Shown piece by piece: positions 18,251-26,539 of a stretch of 56,222 nucleotides of DNA. Positions within the stretch are counted from its first letter, which is position 1; each line of letters opens with the position of its first letter. Source of the DNA: an uncultured bacterium (GTDB taxonomy: Bacteria; Patescibacteriota; Minisyncoccia; Phycocordibacterales; UBA2100); assembly GCA_903824595.1 (NCBI GenBank), contig CAIJXH010000008.1, positions 1 through 56,222 of the forward strand, written 5' to 3'. The position numbers and the translations under genes were made by a program. The notes beneath the pieces were generated by a model. It was given only the letters and a program-made list of their open reading frames with translations. It had not been told where the DNA came from and made no database searches.

Positions 18251-20650
18251 TTACTGAATCGTAAACGACACCGATGTGCTTTCGTCTCCTGATGATGTGT
18301 GTGTGGTTGCCCGAAGAGTGGATGGGCCGTGAGATTGTGGCACAAATGTGGTAGAGAACGGACTCTTTGTGGCAACGTCAATGAGTGCCCCGTTGAGGTA
18401 GTAGGAGACTTTTGTGAGTGAATCAAGATGCGGATGTTGTATCGTGAGGGTTATTGGAACGAACGGAGGTATCATGGTGCCATTCTGCGGGTTGGTAAAA
18501 GAAAATGACGTAGGCACATCGCGCGTGGGCGTAGCGGAATTTTTGTTTTGTGTCTGAAGTGCTTCTGGGTTGGATTGTGCCCACAGTGATACGGGATATT
18601 CCCAATACGCGAGCTGAGAATCGGACATATCAGGGGTGCCATGGCGAGGATCGTCTTTGTTGATCCAGTAGAGAATATCGTGAATCCCTTTTGACGGATC
18701 GACGTTCCATGTACCCACGAGAGAAGCGGGTAGTGCATCTGTTTCTGGCGCGGGGAGGGGAAATGGGTCTGATGGGTATTTTTGGATTGCATATGCCATC
18801 ACTTGGTGCCACATAGGAGCAACGATGAACGCGGCGATTTTCTTCACCATCGGAGTGTTGTCGTTGTTACCAGCCCACATGCCGATCGAAATCGAGGGTG
18901 TGTAGCCGATGATCCATGCGTCGCGGGAGTCGTTGGTGGTACCTGTTTTGTCAGCGACGGCGTATTCAGAGAAATTCAGCGGTGAATCGACCCCAAATTC
19001 TGGTATGCGGGCGTTGTTGTCAGACAATACATCGCTTATCGTGCGTGCAATTTGTGGGTCGAGCACGCGAGTGGGTTGGTCTTGATATTGTTCGAGTACC
19101 GTGCCGGAGCTGGTTTCTACACGCAGAATACCCACGGGAGGATTTTTGATGCCGTCATTAGCAAACACAGAGTATGCGCCTGTCATTTCAAGCAAACTCA
19201 CCTCGCCACCCCCAAGCACAAGCGTGAGTCCGTAGCGATCGGCACCGGCGAGTGAGGTGATGCCTAGATCCTGTGCAGTTTTGAGCGATTCATCAATGCC
19301 TGCAAGATACAGTGTTTTGACGGCGGGAATATTTTGCGATTGCGCAAGAGCGTCACGGAGCGTTATCGGCCCGTGAAATTTTCCATCGTAATTGCCCGGT
19401 GAGTAGCAGGGCGGCGTGTCGTTGGTGGTGTCAGATGGCTTACAGGAAGTTGAAAATTGTGTCTGGAGATCAAACAACACAGTGCTCGGGGTGTATCCTT
19501 TTTCAAACGCGGTTGCGTAGACAAATGGCTTGAATGCAGAGCCTGGTTGGCGCATGGCGAGTGTCGTGTTTACCTTTCCCTGTATCGTGTCATCAAAGTA
19601 TCCGCGCGAGCCGACCATAGCGAGAATTTGTCCGGTCTTTGGGTCGATTGCTACGAGTCCGGCGTTGGATGCGTTGAAATTTTTTTCGTTTTGCGCTGCT
19701 TCCTTGGAAACAACATCCTCGGCTTTTTGTTGTAGATCATAATCGAGTGTTGTGATAACGCGCAGCCCTCCATTTTCAACCGTATCGGCGCCATATTTTT
19801 GTTCTAGATACTCGCGAATGAAGAAAATAAAATGAGGAGCTTTTATTCCCGCCTCTGTCTCGTTCTTGAATTGCACGGTCTCGCTGGTTGCTGCGGCGTA
19901 TTCTTCCTGAGTAATATAGTTCTGATCGCGCATGCGGGCTAACACAAAGTTTTTTCGCGTATCGAGGGCGGCACGATGGTTGCCGTATGGAGAATAGTAG
20001 GTTGGGGCTTGTGGAAGTGCTGCCAAGTATGCGGCTTGGGCAAGATCAATGTCTTTTGCGTCCATGCCAAAAAAGTATTGACTCGCTTCTTGTGCTCCAT
20101 ATATGGTGCCCCCGTATGGAGTTTCGTTGAGGTATGTTTCGAGAATTTGATCCTTTGCATATGCTTTAGTAAGGCGAAGTGCGAGTACTATTTCCTCTAT
20201 TTTGCGGAATACGGTTTTCTCTTGCGTCAAAAGGGCATTTTTGACTACTTGTTGAGTGATGGTTGATCCGCCTTGAGCGTATCGTCCCGACACAATATTC
20301 GCAATCGCTGCTCGCGCAAAAGAAAGAGGGCGAAATCCCACGTTTGAATAAAATGTCGTGTCTTCTACGGCAATTGCGGCGTTTCGGAGATAAGGCGATA
20401 CTTCGGCGAGGGGTACGGCACTCCGACGCATTGCTCCATGCACGTCGTACAAGACGATATTGCCTGTTCGATCATATATTTTTGTAGATTCGGATACTTT
20501 GCGATTCTCAAAATTACTGATGGAGGGGATGGGTATAAGCGTTGCCCATATAATAGTACTTCCAATAGTTATGAAACACAGCGCAAGCACGGCAAGTGCG
20601 ACAATCTCTGTCCACAGTGAAAACGTGAGCTTTTTTCTGCGTGCCTGCAT
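18251..20650 (-). CDS. penicillin-binding protein 1A (glycosyltransferase + transpeptidase) with C-terminal extension
   Basis: GT51 motifs (AIAVEDTTFY, GGSTITQQ) and transpeptidase motifs (SAFKP, KTGTT). Confidence 0.92.
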   Translation of the reverse strand: MQARRKKLTFSLWTEIVALAVLALCFITIGSTIIWATLIPIPSISNFENRKVSESTKIYDRTGNIVLYDVHGAMRRSAVPLAEVSPYLRNAAIAVEDTTFYSNVGFRPLSFARAAIANIVSGRYAQGGSTITQQVVKNALLTQEKTVFRKIEEIVLALRLTKAYAKDQILETYLNETPYGGTIYGAQEASQYFFGMDAKDIDLAQAAYLAALPQAPTYYSPYGNHRAALDTRKNFVLARMRDQNYITQEEYAAATSETVQFKNETEAGIKAPHFIFFIREYLEQKYGADTVENGGLRVITTLDYDLQQKAEDVVSKEAAQNEKNFNASNAGLVAIDPKTGQILAMVGSRGYFDDTIQGKVNTTLAMRQPGSAFKPFVYATAFEKGYTPSTVLFDLQTQFSTSCKPSDTTNDTPPCYSPGNYDGKFHGPITLRDALAQSQNIPAVKTLYLAGIDESLKTAQDLGITSLAGADRYGLTLVLGGGEVSLLEMTGAYSVFANDGIKNPPVGILRVETSSGTVLEQYQDQPTRVLDPQIARTISDVLSDNNARIPEFGVDSPLNFSEYAVADKTGTTNDSRDAWIIGYTPSISIGMWAGNNDNTPMVKKIAAFIVAPMWHQVMAYAIQKYPSDPFPLPAPETDALPASLVGTWNVDPSKGIHDILYWINKDDPRHGTPDMSDSQLAYWEYPVSLWAQSNPEALQTQNKNSATPTRDVPTSFSFTNPQNGTMIPPFVPITLTIQHPHLDSLTKVSYYLNGALIDVATKSPFSTTFVPQSHGPSTLRATTHTSSGDESTSVSFTIQ

Positions 20651-20685
20651 GTCTGTCTCATTGTATATCGGGTATGGTGCAAGCG

Positions 20686-21162
20686 CTATGATCGCATTCT
20701 AGCAAGGTGTGTAATGCCAACCGCAATCGCGTCGTACTCGTCGTCGTGTGTGATGGGTTTCTGGATACGGAGCAGGACACGGATCATTTTGGCGACGGCG
20801 CGCTTGTCGGCATTGCCTGATCCTGCTGCTGCTGATTTCACTTCGCCGGGCGAGTATTCGAAGAGGGGAATGCCAAGCACGGAGGCGACGTTCATGAGTG
20901 CGCCGCGCACCTCGGCGACATGCATCGCGGTTTTTTGGTTTTTGGCGAAGTACAATTTTTCCATCGCGATTGCGTCTGGTTTATATTCGCGAGCAAGGCG
21001 GTCGCACGCATCGGCGACCGCCGCCAGCCGCTCTGGGAACTCATCTTTTGCCGACGTTTCGATGCAATCCGAGTAGAGTAGCCGCTCTTTCCCGCCCCGC
21101 TCCTTCTCCACCACTGCCACGCCGCAGCGACCGTATCCAGGATCAATGGCGAGGACTTTCAT
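20686..21162 (-). CDS. ruvC: crossover junction endodeoxyribonuclease RuvC
   Basis: MKVLAIDPGYGRCGVAV... and a DEYDAIA catalytic region. Confidence 0.93.
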   Translation of the reverse strand: MKVLAIDPGYGRCGVAVVEKERGGKERLLYSDCIETSAKDEFPERLAAVADACDRLAREYKPDAIAMEKLYFAKNQKTAMHVAEVRGALMNVASVLGIPLFEYSPGEVKSAAAGSGNADKRAVAKMIRVLLRIQKPITHDDEYDAIAVGITHLARMRS

Positions 21163-21258
21163 TGCGGTATTGTAGCAGGTTGCGATTGGGGAAAACTTTT
21201 CGTATATTTCACTCCTCGCATCGTGTACACTTAGATGTGTGATGTGCGCGAAAGGCTT

Positions 21259-21837
21259 ATGAACAACACATCATCAAGTCAAACAACGGAAACGACGCCG
21301 GTCGTGTCTGTCGCTCCGCAGAGTCAGAGTTTTTTCGCATTCTCCTTGTACGATGTTCTCGTTCTCGTGGGCGTGTCCTCTATCATTGCCGCTCTCGTAT
21401 ACATAGGTCGCAAGCTTCAGATTCTCGATGATCTCAGGGCGACGGTGCACAAAATAAAAGTGAACGTGAAAGTCGTGAGCGATTATCTTGTAAAACATCA
21501 CAACAAATTCAATCCCGCGGAACTGCAGGCATATTCGCCGCTCGCGTTGACCATGCAAGGCAAGGAATTTGTACAGCAAATCGGCTTCGATAATGCGCTG
21601 TCTCAGCATAAGGCAGAATTTATGGATTTTATTGGCGGCGAAAATCCCAGATTGAAATATGACGTAGAGGTCGCTGCGATAAAATCGATCCACGCGCTGT
21701 ACCAGAAACCGTTTATGGAGTTTCTAAAAGTGTTTCTGTACAACAATCCCACCCGCAGCATCGAAGACGTCGCGCCAACTCTCGGTGTGTACGTCAGGGA
21801 TATGTATCTTGGTGAGCATCCCGAGATTACCCAATAG
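21259..21837 (+). CDS. hypothetical single-pass membrane protein
   Basis: ORF 21235..21837. GAAAGG lies upstream of the ATG at 21259. One TM helix (FFAFSLYDVLVLVGVSSIIAALVYI). Confidence 0.6.
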   Translation: MNNTSSSQTTETTPVVSVAPQSQSFFAFSLYDVLVLVGVSSIIAALVYIGRKLQILDDLRATVHKIKVNVKVVSDYLVKHHNKFNPAELQAYSPLALTMQGKEFVQQIGFDNALSQHKAEFMDFIGGENPRLKYDVEVAAIKSIHALYQKPFMEFLKVFLYNNPTRSIEDVAPTLGVYVRDMYLGEHPEITQ

Positions 21838-21861
21838 CTCGCCCTATGACGGAGACATTAT

Positions 21862-21890
21862 AGCGACCGCATCCGGGATCAATGGCGAGG
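21862..21890 (-). repeat. 29-bp duplicate (27/29) of ruvC codons 4-13
   Basis: AGCGACCGCATCCGGGATCAATGGCGAGG here versus AGCGACCGTATCCAGGATCAATGGCGAGG at 21126-21154. There is no start codon and no downstream ruvC homology. Confidence 0.8.
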
Positions 21891-22029
21891 GTGTGTATGA
21901 GTGAGTGTAACAATAAAGTACCACCTGTCGCCAAATCAGTAGAAATGCGTGAATGGAGGCCATAAAATGCCTGTCATTCACGGGATTTTGGCAAAAAGAC
22001 GTGAATGGTCGTCCTGACTACGTCCTCAC

Positions 22030-22112
22030 AATTGGTGACCAACGCCGCCTGCCGCCAAAGCATCCCCGTCTTTCGCGAGAAAGGGGTGTGGAGGATTGGG
22101 GTGGGGCAATAG
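22030..22112 (+). repeat. 83-nt repeat, copy R1
   Basis: Manual alignment with 24039-24121 gives 73/83 identical, and all 10 differences are transitions. Confidence 0.85.
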
Positions 22113-22320
22113 AGTCTCCGTGCGAGTTACGAACACGTACATACGACCTGTTTCGCGGCTCACTTTTTCTCGCAAAGAATCGGTGTATTATGTGTGGGTG
22201 TGGGTTTTGATTCTGCTAGGGAGAAAATTGCGACGCATGTTTGAATAAAATAAAAATAGCAAATATTTCACTTGCACGTATTTTTGAAATTTTAATAGTA
22301 CTACGATTAATAGCCATTTT

Positions 22321-23826
22321 ATGGAAAAATTTAAAAGGGGGGGCAAGGAGATGCGAATGCTGGTTACTCAAGATTGCAATTATAATTGCGTCATGTGTCA
22401 TGGTGAGGGGTTGCAAGAAGAAAAAGAGGCAACGCTTTCGCCTGATGATTTTGCTTTTATTTTTCGTGTTGGAAAAGAGCGACTCGGTATGGACACCACG
22501 ACTCTCACTGGTGGCGAGCCTTTGTTTAGAAAAGATATTGTAGAAATAGCAAAGAATCTTCACGAAGAGGGTGCAAAAATAACATTGACTACAAATGGGC
22601 GTTTACTGACACGGAGGATGGAGGTAGGTAAGTACTTAGATAGGATCAATGTTTCTGTACACACTATGAACGAGGAAAAGTATGAAGATCTTGTTCAGGT
22701 GAAAAATAGCTTTCATTCAGCGATGCATAATCTGAGGGCTTTTAGGCAAGCGTATCCAGAGGTGTCGATTGTTTTAAACACCACTTGTATTCGCGGATTT
22801 AATTCTGAACCTGATGATTTTAAGTCGCTGGTCGAGTTTGCGAAATCAATACGGGCATCTATCAAATTGATAGAATTATTTCCGCCAGACCGCACTGACG
22901 TAGTAAGTCTCGAAGAGGTGACCACTATACTTACTGCCCTGGGTTTTGTACCAACGGAGACAGAACTGCGCAAAAGAAAATTAAGTGATGGTCAAACAAC
23001 TGTCTCATTGACCCGGATATTTTGTGCGGAAGCCGTTAATAGTGGTGATCCTGCCGCTTTTTGTAATCAACAGAATGATGTGTTCATCTCTCCAGATGGA
23101 TTTGCAAAGCCGTGTCGCTCAGATAGTATGGAGGTGGACTTGAATTCGGCATTACGTAGTAGAAATGAGGACGAGATGGAAAGGCTTATCAAACACGCAT
23201 TTGCTGAAACAGGCCGCAGATGTGTTTACGATAGGAATAACCTATCGGAAATGGAGGCGCCCGAGACATTGACCGAAAAGTACGGCGAGCGTGCGTATGT
23301 GTTGGAAAAACTGGAAGCGTATCGAGGTGTTGACGCAGAAGAAGATGTGATGCGTTTAGATGTGGTTCAGTTTGTTAAGGATCACGAGAACTGTTTCGAT
23401 AGGAGTCTATCGACCGGACATGTCACTGGCTCGGCGCTTGTTGTTGATCCGGGTTTCAATCAAACCTTGCTTACCCACCATATGAAGCTGGATCGATGGT
23501 TTCAATTTGGCGGACATTCCGATGGTGACTGGAACACATTGCGCGTTGCGATGCGAGAGGCGCTGGAGGAGTCTGGGTTGAAGTCACTTCGTCCATATTC
23601 GGGTAACATCTTTAGTATTGATGTTCACCCGATTCCCGAGCGAGGAGATGAACCGGAGCACAAGCATTATGATGTTCGGTTTTTACTCATCGGAGACCCA
23701 CGCGAACCCTCAACGACTAGCAGTGAATCAAAAGAGTTGCGCTGGGTGAATCTTGATGATGCGGCACGTTTGAATCCAAGTGATGCAATGCGCAGAATGG
23801 TTGAAAAGGCGAAACGTCTCAAATAA
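22321..23826 (+). CDS. MoaA-like radical-SAM domain fused to a C-terminal Nudix hydrolase domain
   Basis: N-terminal half: CNYNCVMC (CX3CX2C), TGGEPLF, TLTTNG, NVSVHT and a distal Cys triad (FCAEAV...AFCNQQNDVFISPDGFAKPC). C-terminal half: Nudix box GGHSDGDWNTLRVAMREALEESGL. Alternative starts at 22351 or 22357 lie behind AAGGAG. Confidence 0.85.
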   Translation: MEKFKRGGKEMRMLVTQDCNYNCVMCHGEGLQEEKEATLSPDDFAFIFRVGKERLGMDTTTLTGGEPLFRKDIVEIAKNLHEEGAKITLTTNGRLLTRRMEVGKYLDRINVSVHTMNEEKYEDLVQVKNSFHSAMHNLRAFRQAYPEVSIVLNTTCIRGFNSEPDDFKSLVEFAKSIRASIKLIELFPPDRTDVVSLEEVTTILTALGFVPTETELRKRKLSDGQTTVSLTRIFCAEAVNSGDPAAFCNQQNDVFISPDGFAKPCRSDSMEVDLNSALRSRNEDEMERLIKHAFAETGRRCVYDRNNLSEMEAPETLTEKYGERAYVLEKLEAYRGVDAEEDVMRLDVVQFVKDHENCFDRSLSTGHVTGSALVVDPGFNQTLLTHHMKLDRWFQFGGHSDGDWNTLRVAMREALEESGLKSLRPYSGNIFSIDVHPIPERGDEPEHKHYDVRFLLIGDPREPSTTSSESKELRWVNLDDAARLNPSDAMRRMVEKAKRLK

Positions 23827-23929
23827 GCCACAGCTCACAAATAAGAGGCGACACAAACTGTCGCCTCTTTGCTTATAAAAGCAAGGTTGTTTACAGAACA
23901 AATACACTGGCCGTGCTACCATTTCGGCT

Positions 23930-23998
23930 ATGTCCATTCCCGACAAATACTCCGCGGTGTGGGTGTCGCATTCGTCGATGGATATGAAGTGTTGGTGA
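23930..23998 (+). pseudogene. displaced 5' fragment of the PD-(D/E)XK nuclease gene
   Basis: 23930-23981 matches 30731-30782 at 50/52. It reads MSIPDKYSAVWVSHSSMDMKCW*, and an indel after codon 17 breaks the frame. Confidence 0.8.
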
Positions 23999-24038
23999 GG
24001 TTGTTTGTGAGAAAAGGGTTTGCTGTTCGCCCGTAATT

Positions 24039-24121
24039 AATTGGTAGCCAACACCACCCGCCGCCAAAGCATCTCCGCCTTCCGCGAGAAGGGGGTGTGG
24101 AAGATTGGGGTGGGGCAATAG
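24039..24121 (+). repeat. 83-nt repeat, copy R2
   Basis: See copy R1 at 22030-22112. Confidence 0.85.
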
Positions 24122-24227
24122 TAATGTGTGCGGGATGAGTGTGGCATATTGTGTCGCACGGGATTCATTACGAGCTTCATAATATCTAAACTTTGGATAT
24201 TGACTTATTCAATACACGCTGTAGTGT

Positions 24228-24449
24228 ATGAAGAAGTCGACCCAGACCAAGGAATATGCCGTGTTTGTACAGATGCTTCGTGCGGCGCGGATTGATGCGG
24301 GGTTGACCCAGGCGCAAGCGGCAAAGAAACTCGATCGCCCGCAGTCCCATATTTCCAACGTGGAAACGGGGCAGCAGAGAGTAGATGTGATAGAACTGAA
24401 GCGGTTTGCAAAAATGTACGGGAAAGATATCAATTACTTTATAAAATAG
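24228..24449 (+). CDS. XRE-family helix-turn-helix regulator
   Basis: LTQAQAAKKLDRPQSHISNVETGQQRVDVIEL is a classic Cro/C1-type HTH. Confidence 0.85.
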   Translation: MKKSTQTKEYAVFVQMLRAARIDAGLTQAQAAKKLDRPQSHISNVETGQQRVDVIELKRFAKMYGKDINYFIK

Positions 24450-24452
24450 TTT

Positions 24453-25133
24453 ATGTTTTGGAACAAAAAAACTGAAAATAATTTAGACTCAACAATGATT
24501 GAGCTTGGACGTGAAATTGAAAGGGGGCTGCTTGCCTTAAGTGCAATAATAATTCAACATTGGGAGTATGAAGAAAATGACTACTATAAAGCTGTATCCA
24601 TAACGATGGATAATTTGCTGAAGGATAAAACATTGACTGATGCAGGCAGATTGGAAAAAGCAAAAGATATACTCGATTGGTCAAAGGCGTATAGAAAATT
24701 TATAGACGCTTCGTCAGCTAAATACGGGGATTTTATTCTTACAAGATTGAACCAGTTTGAGGAGATGTTAGAGCGCCTGCCAAAAACAAAGCCGCATGAA
24801 AAAGTTCAGGAATGGATAAAGCTTACTCGCGATTTGTGTAAAATTCGTGCTAGCGAAATTATCGCTATTGAACTTCATATAGAAAAAAATGAATTTATAC
24901 CGAAACTTGTCATTAGAGACGGGGGAAATTCTGAACAAAACATAACCGAGGAAGAAACAAATCAATTTGCACATCTAGTAGCTACTTACGGTTCTGAGCG
25001 ACAGCTTGCTTATGAAGCCAAAAAGAAAATCGAGCCAATGAGATCCAATTTAGCTGAGAGTATGTTTGGAAAACTTAATGATTACATGGAAGGTGGTAGT
25101 TATTCTAGTCTGTCTAGTCTGTTCATGAAATAA
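24453..25133 (+). CDS. hypothetical protein (predicted all-helical), AT-rich gene
   Basis: 226-aa ORF that starts 3 nt after the XRE stop. No motif recognised. Confidence 0.65.
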   Translation: MFWNKKTENNLDSTMIELGREIERGLLALSAIIIQHWEYEENDYYKAVSITMDNLLKDKTLTDAGRLEKAKDILDWSKAYRKFIDASSAKYGDFILTRLNQFEEMLERLPKTKPHEKVQEWIKLTRDLCKIRASEIIAIELHIEKNEFIPKLVIRDGGNSEQNITEEETNQFAHLVATYGSERQLAYEAKKKIEPMRSNLAESMFGKLNDYMEGGSYSSLSSLFMK

Positions 25134-25144
25134 ATTTAAACACT

Positions 25145-25711
25145 ATGAGTGGAGTGTTGAGATCAAGCCTCAATGGTGTGAATTTGCAAACCATGACAAG
25201 AGAGGTGCTAAGGATTACGGACGGATTTTTTTCGATGAGACAAAGAATTATATCTTTGTTGAAAGATCTTGAGTATGAAAAAGAGCTTTTAAACGTTACT
25301 TATACGTACGAAGATTATGAAACAGGAAACGGAGAATGTTGTGTTGAGGAGTTATTAACATTTCCAAACTATCAACTCATTTTCGATAAGTATTACGACA
25401 GATACCTCCAGACATATATTGGAAGCAAATCGATAGTTCCTCGCAATAACATTTTAGCCGAACTCCAGAGAATGGAATCTGATGGCTTAGTAATGGTTCG
25501 TATTCAAGAATGTGAGAAAGTATTTAGTCCCGATGTTATTGATTTTCGACCTGAAAAAAGAGAAAATTTCAAGACAGAAAGTATTGTTTTAACAACGAGA
25601 GGTAAAAGCAAATGGGGATACTCTTTGCATAAAGCATGGGAAAACCCGATTTCAACCGGTATAGCTATAAGCGCCCTTCTTGTGTCTATTATTGCGCTAT
25701 GGTGCAGATAG
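25145..25711 (+). CDS. hypothetical protein with possible winged-helix region and C-terminal TM anchor
   Basis: NNILAELQRMESDGLVMVR...IVLTTRGKSKW resembles a wHTH. The C-terminus ISTGIAISALLVSIIALW is hydrophobic. Confidence 0.6.
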   Translation: MSGVLRSSLNGVNLQTMTREVLRITDGFFSMRQRIISLLKDLEYEKELLNVTYTYEDYETGNGECCVEELLTFPNYQLIFDKYYDRYLQTYIGSKSIVPRNNILAELQRMESDGLVMVRIQECEKVFSPDVIDFRPEKRENFKTESIVLTTRGKSKWGYSLHKAWENPISTGIAISALLVSIIALWCR

Positions 25712-25762
25712 GGGTAATTGATGTTGGGGTCTGACCCCACTATCCATTATGCTGCCCGTGTA

Positions 25763-26059
25763 TCATCCTCTCCCAACTCCAAAAAAGAAATATGCAATGA
25801 GTGTCGCAGCCAGACCAGTCGAGAATGTGATTAGTGCCCCTCCCCACCATGTACTGTGCCAGTCGTCTACATGCGATTGATGGGGAATAACATGTTTGTT
25901 ATTTCTAAGGGCTGCATCTGTAATCTCACCCTGATTATCAAGAAAATCTGCTTCGCCTATTAGTGTATTGTTTTTCGCGTCCATGCCGTTTATAGCTGCG
26001 CCATGTGTCACTCTAACGAACGCGGGTCTTTCATGTTTTGAATCCTCATCTTCTTTCAT
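25763..26059 (-). CDS. hypothetical small tail-anchored membrane protein
   Basis: 98-aa ORF with C-terminal WWGGALITFSTGLAATLIAYFFFGV. It converges on the hairpin GGGGTCTGACCCC at about 25725-25737. Confidence 0.5.
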   Translation of the reverse strand: MKEDEDSKHERPAFVRVTHGAAINGMDAKNNTLIGEADFLDNQGEITDAALRNNKHVIPHQSHVDDWHSTWWGGALITFSTGLAATLIAYFFFGVGRG

Positions 26060-26114
26060 GGGGCATATTATGTATCAAAAATCAAAGGAAACAAGAATGC
26101 ATACACTTGCGGAG

Positions 26115-26142
26115 TTGACCTTGTGCGCACATTGTATATACT
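26115..26142 (+). promoter_or_regulatory. promoter of the dinJ-like gene
   Basis: TTGACC, a 16-nt spacer, then TATACT. The ATG is 6 nt downstream with no SD. Confidence 0.45.
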
Positions 26143-26148
26143 AGATGC

Positions 26149-26397
26149 ATGACCACACTCAATGTCAGAATAGAAGAGAAAACGAAACTTGCGGCGAGTA
26201 AGGCATTGGCAGATATTGGGCTCGATTTGTCGTCGGGTGTGAAGTTGTTTCTCCATCAGGTGGTAACGGAAAAAGGATTGCCGTTTACGCCCACCAAGAA
26301 TGCCGCCGTTATTCGTGCCAAGTGGGACGCCGAAGTTGTGCAAGCTCGCGCAGGGCGAAGGTATGCGAATGCCAAGGATGTTTTGAGAGAGGTGTAG
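26149..26397 (+). CDS. RelB/DinJ-family antitoxin (no adjacent toxin gene)
   Basis: LNVRIEEKTKLAASKALADIGLDLSSGVKLFLHQVVTEKGLPF matches the DinJ ribbon-helix-helix pattern. Confidence 0.75.
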   Translation: MTTLNVRIEEKTKLAASKALADIGLDLSSGVKLFLHQVVTEKGLPFTPTKNAAVIRAKWDAEVVQARAGRRYANAKDVLREV

Positions 26398-26426
26398 GTG
26401 TTTACAGGTGAGCCAGAAAGTAATTT

Positions 26427-26444
26427 GCCCCGCTTTCGCGGGGC
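26427..26444 (+). terminator. GC-rich hairpin after dinJ
   Basis: GCCCCGC-TTTC-GCGGGGC. There is no clear T-run. Confidence 0.4.
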
Positions 26445-26539
26445 GAGGCCGAAGCCATATATACCAATATAGTAACAACTGAAAGCGGGAAGTCAATCTC
26501 ACTTGAAAACCGTCCGAAAAAGCCCATACTTGGGCGAAT

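Noticed and set aside
21953-22210. 85-aa ORF spanning repeat R1, and the 75-aa TTG-start ORF 23891..24118 spanning R2
   Set aside because: The two repeat copies do not keep a common open frame on the plus strand. The minus-frame similarity is short and ends at different stops, so these are not called as genes.
22030-24121. The 83-nt repeats as a CRISPR array or integron attC sites
   Set aside because: There are only two copies, about 2 kb apart and 12% diverged, so this is not a CRISPR array. No RYYYAAC / GTTRRRY core sites flank them and no intI gene is present, so an integron is not supported.
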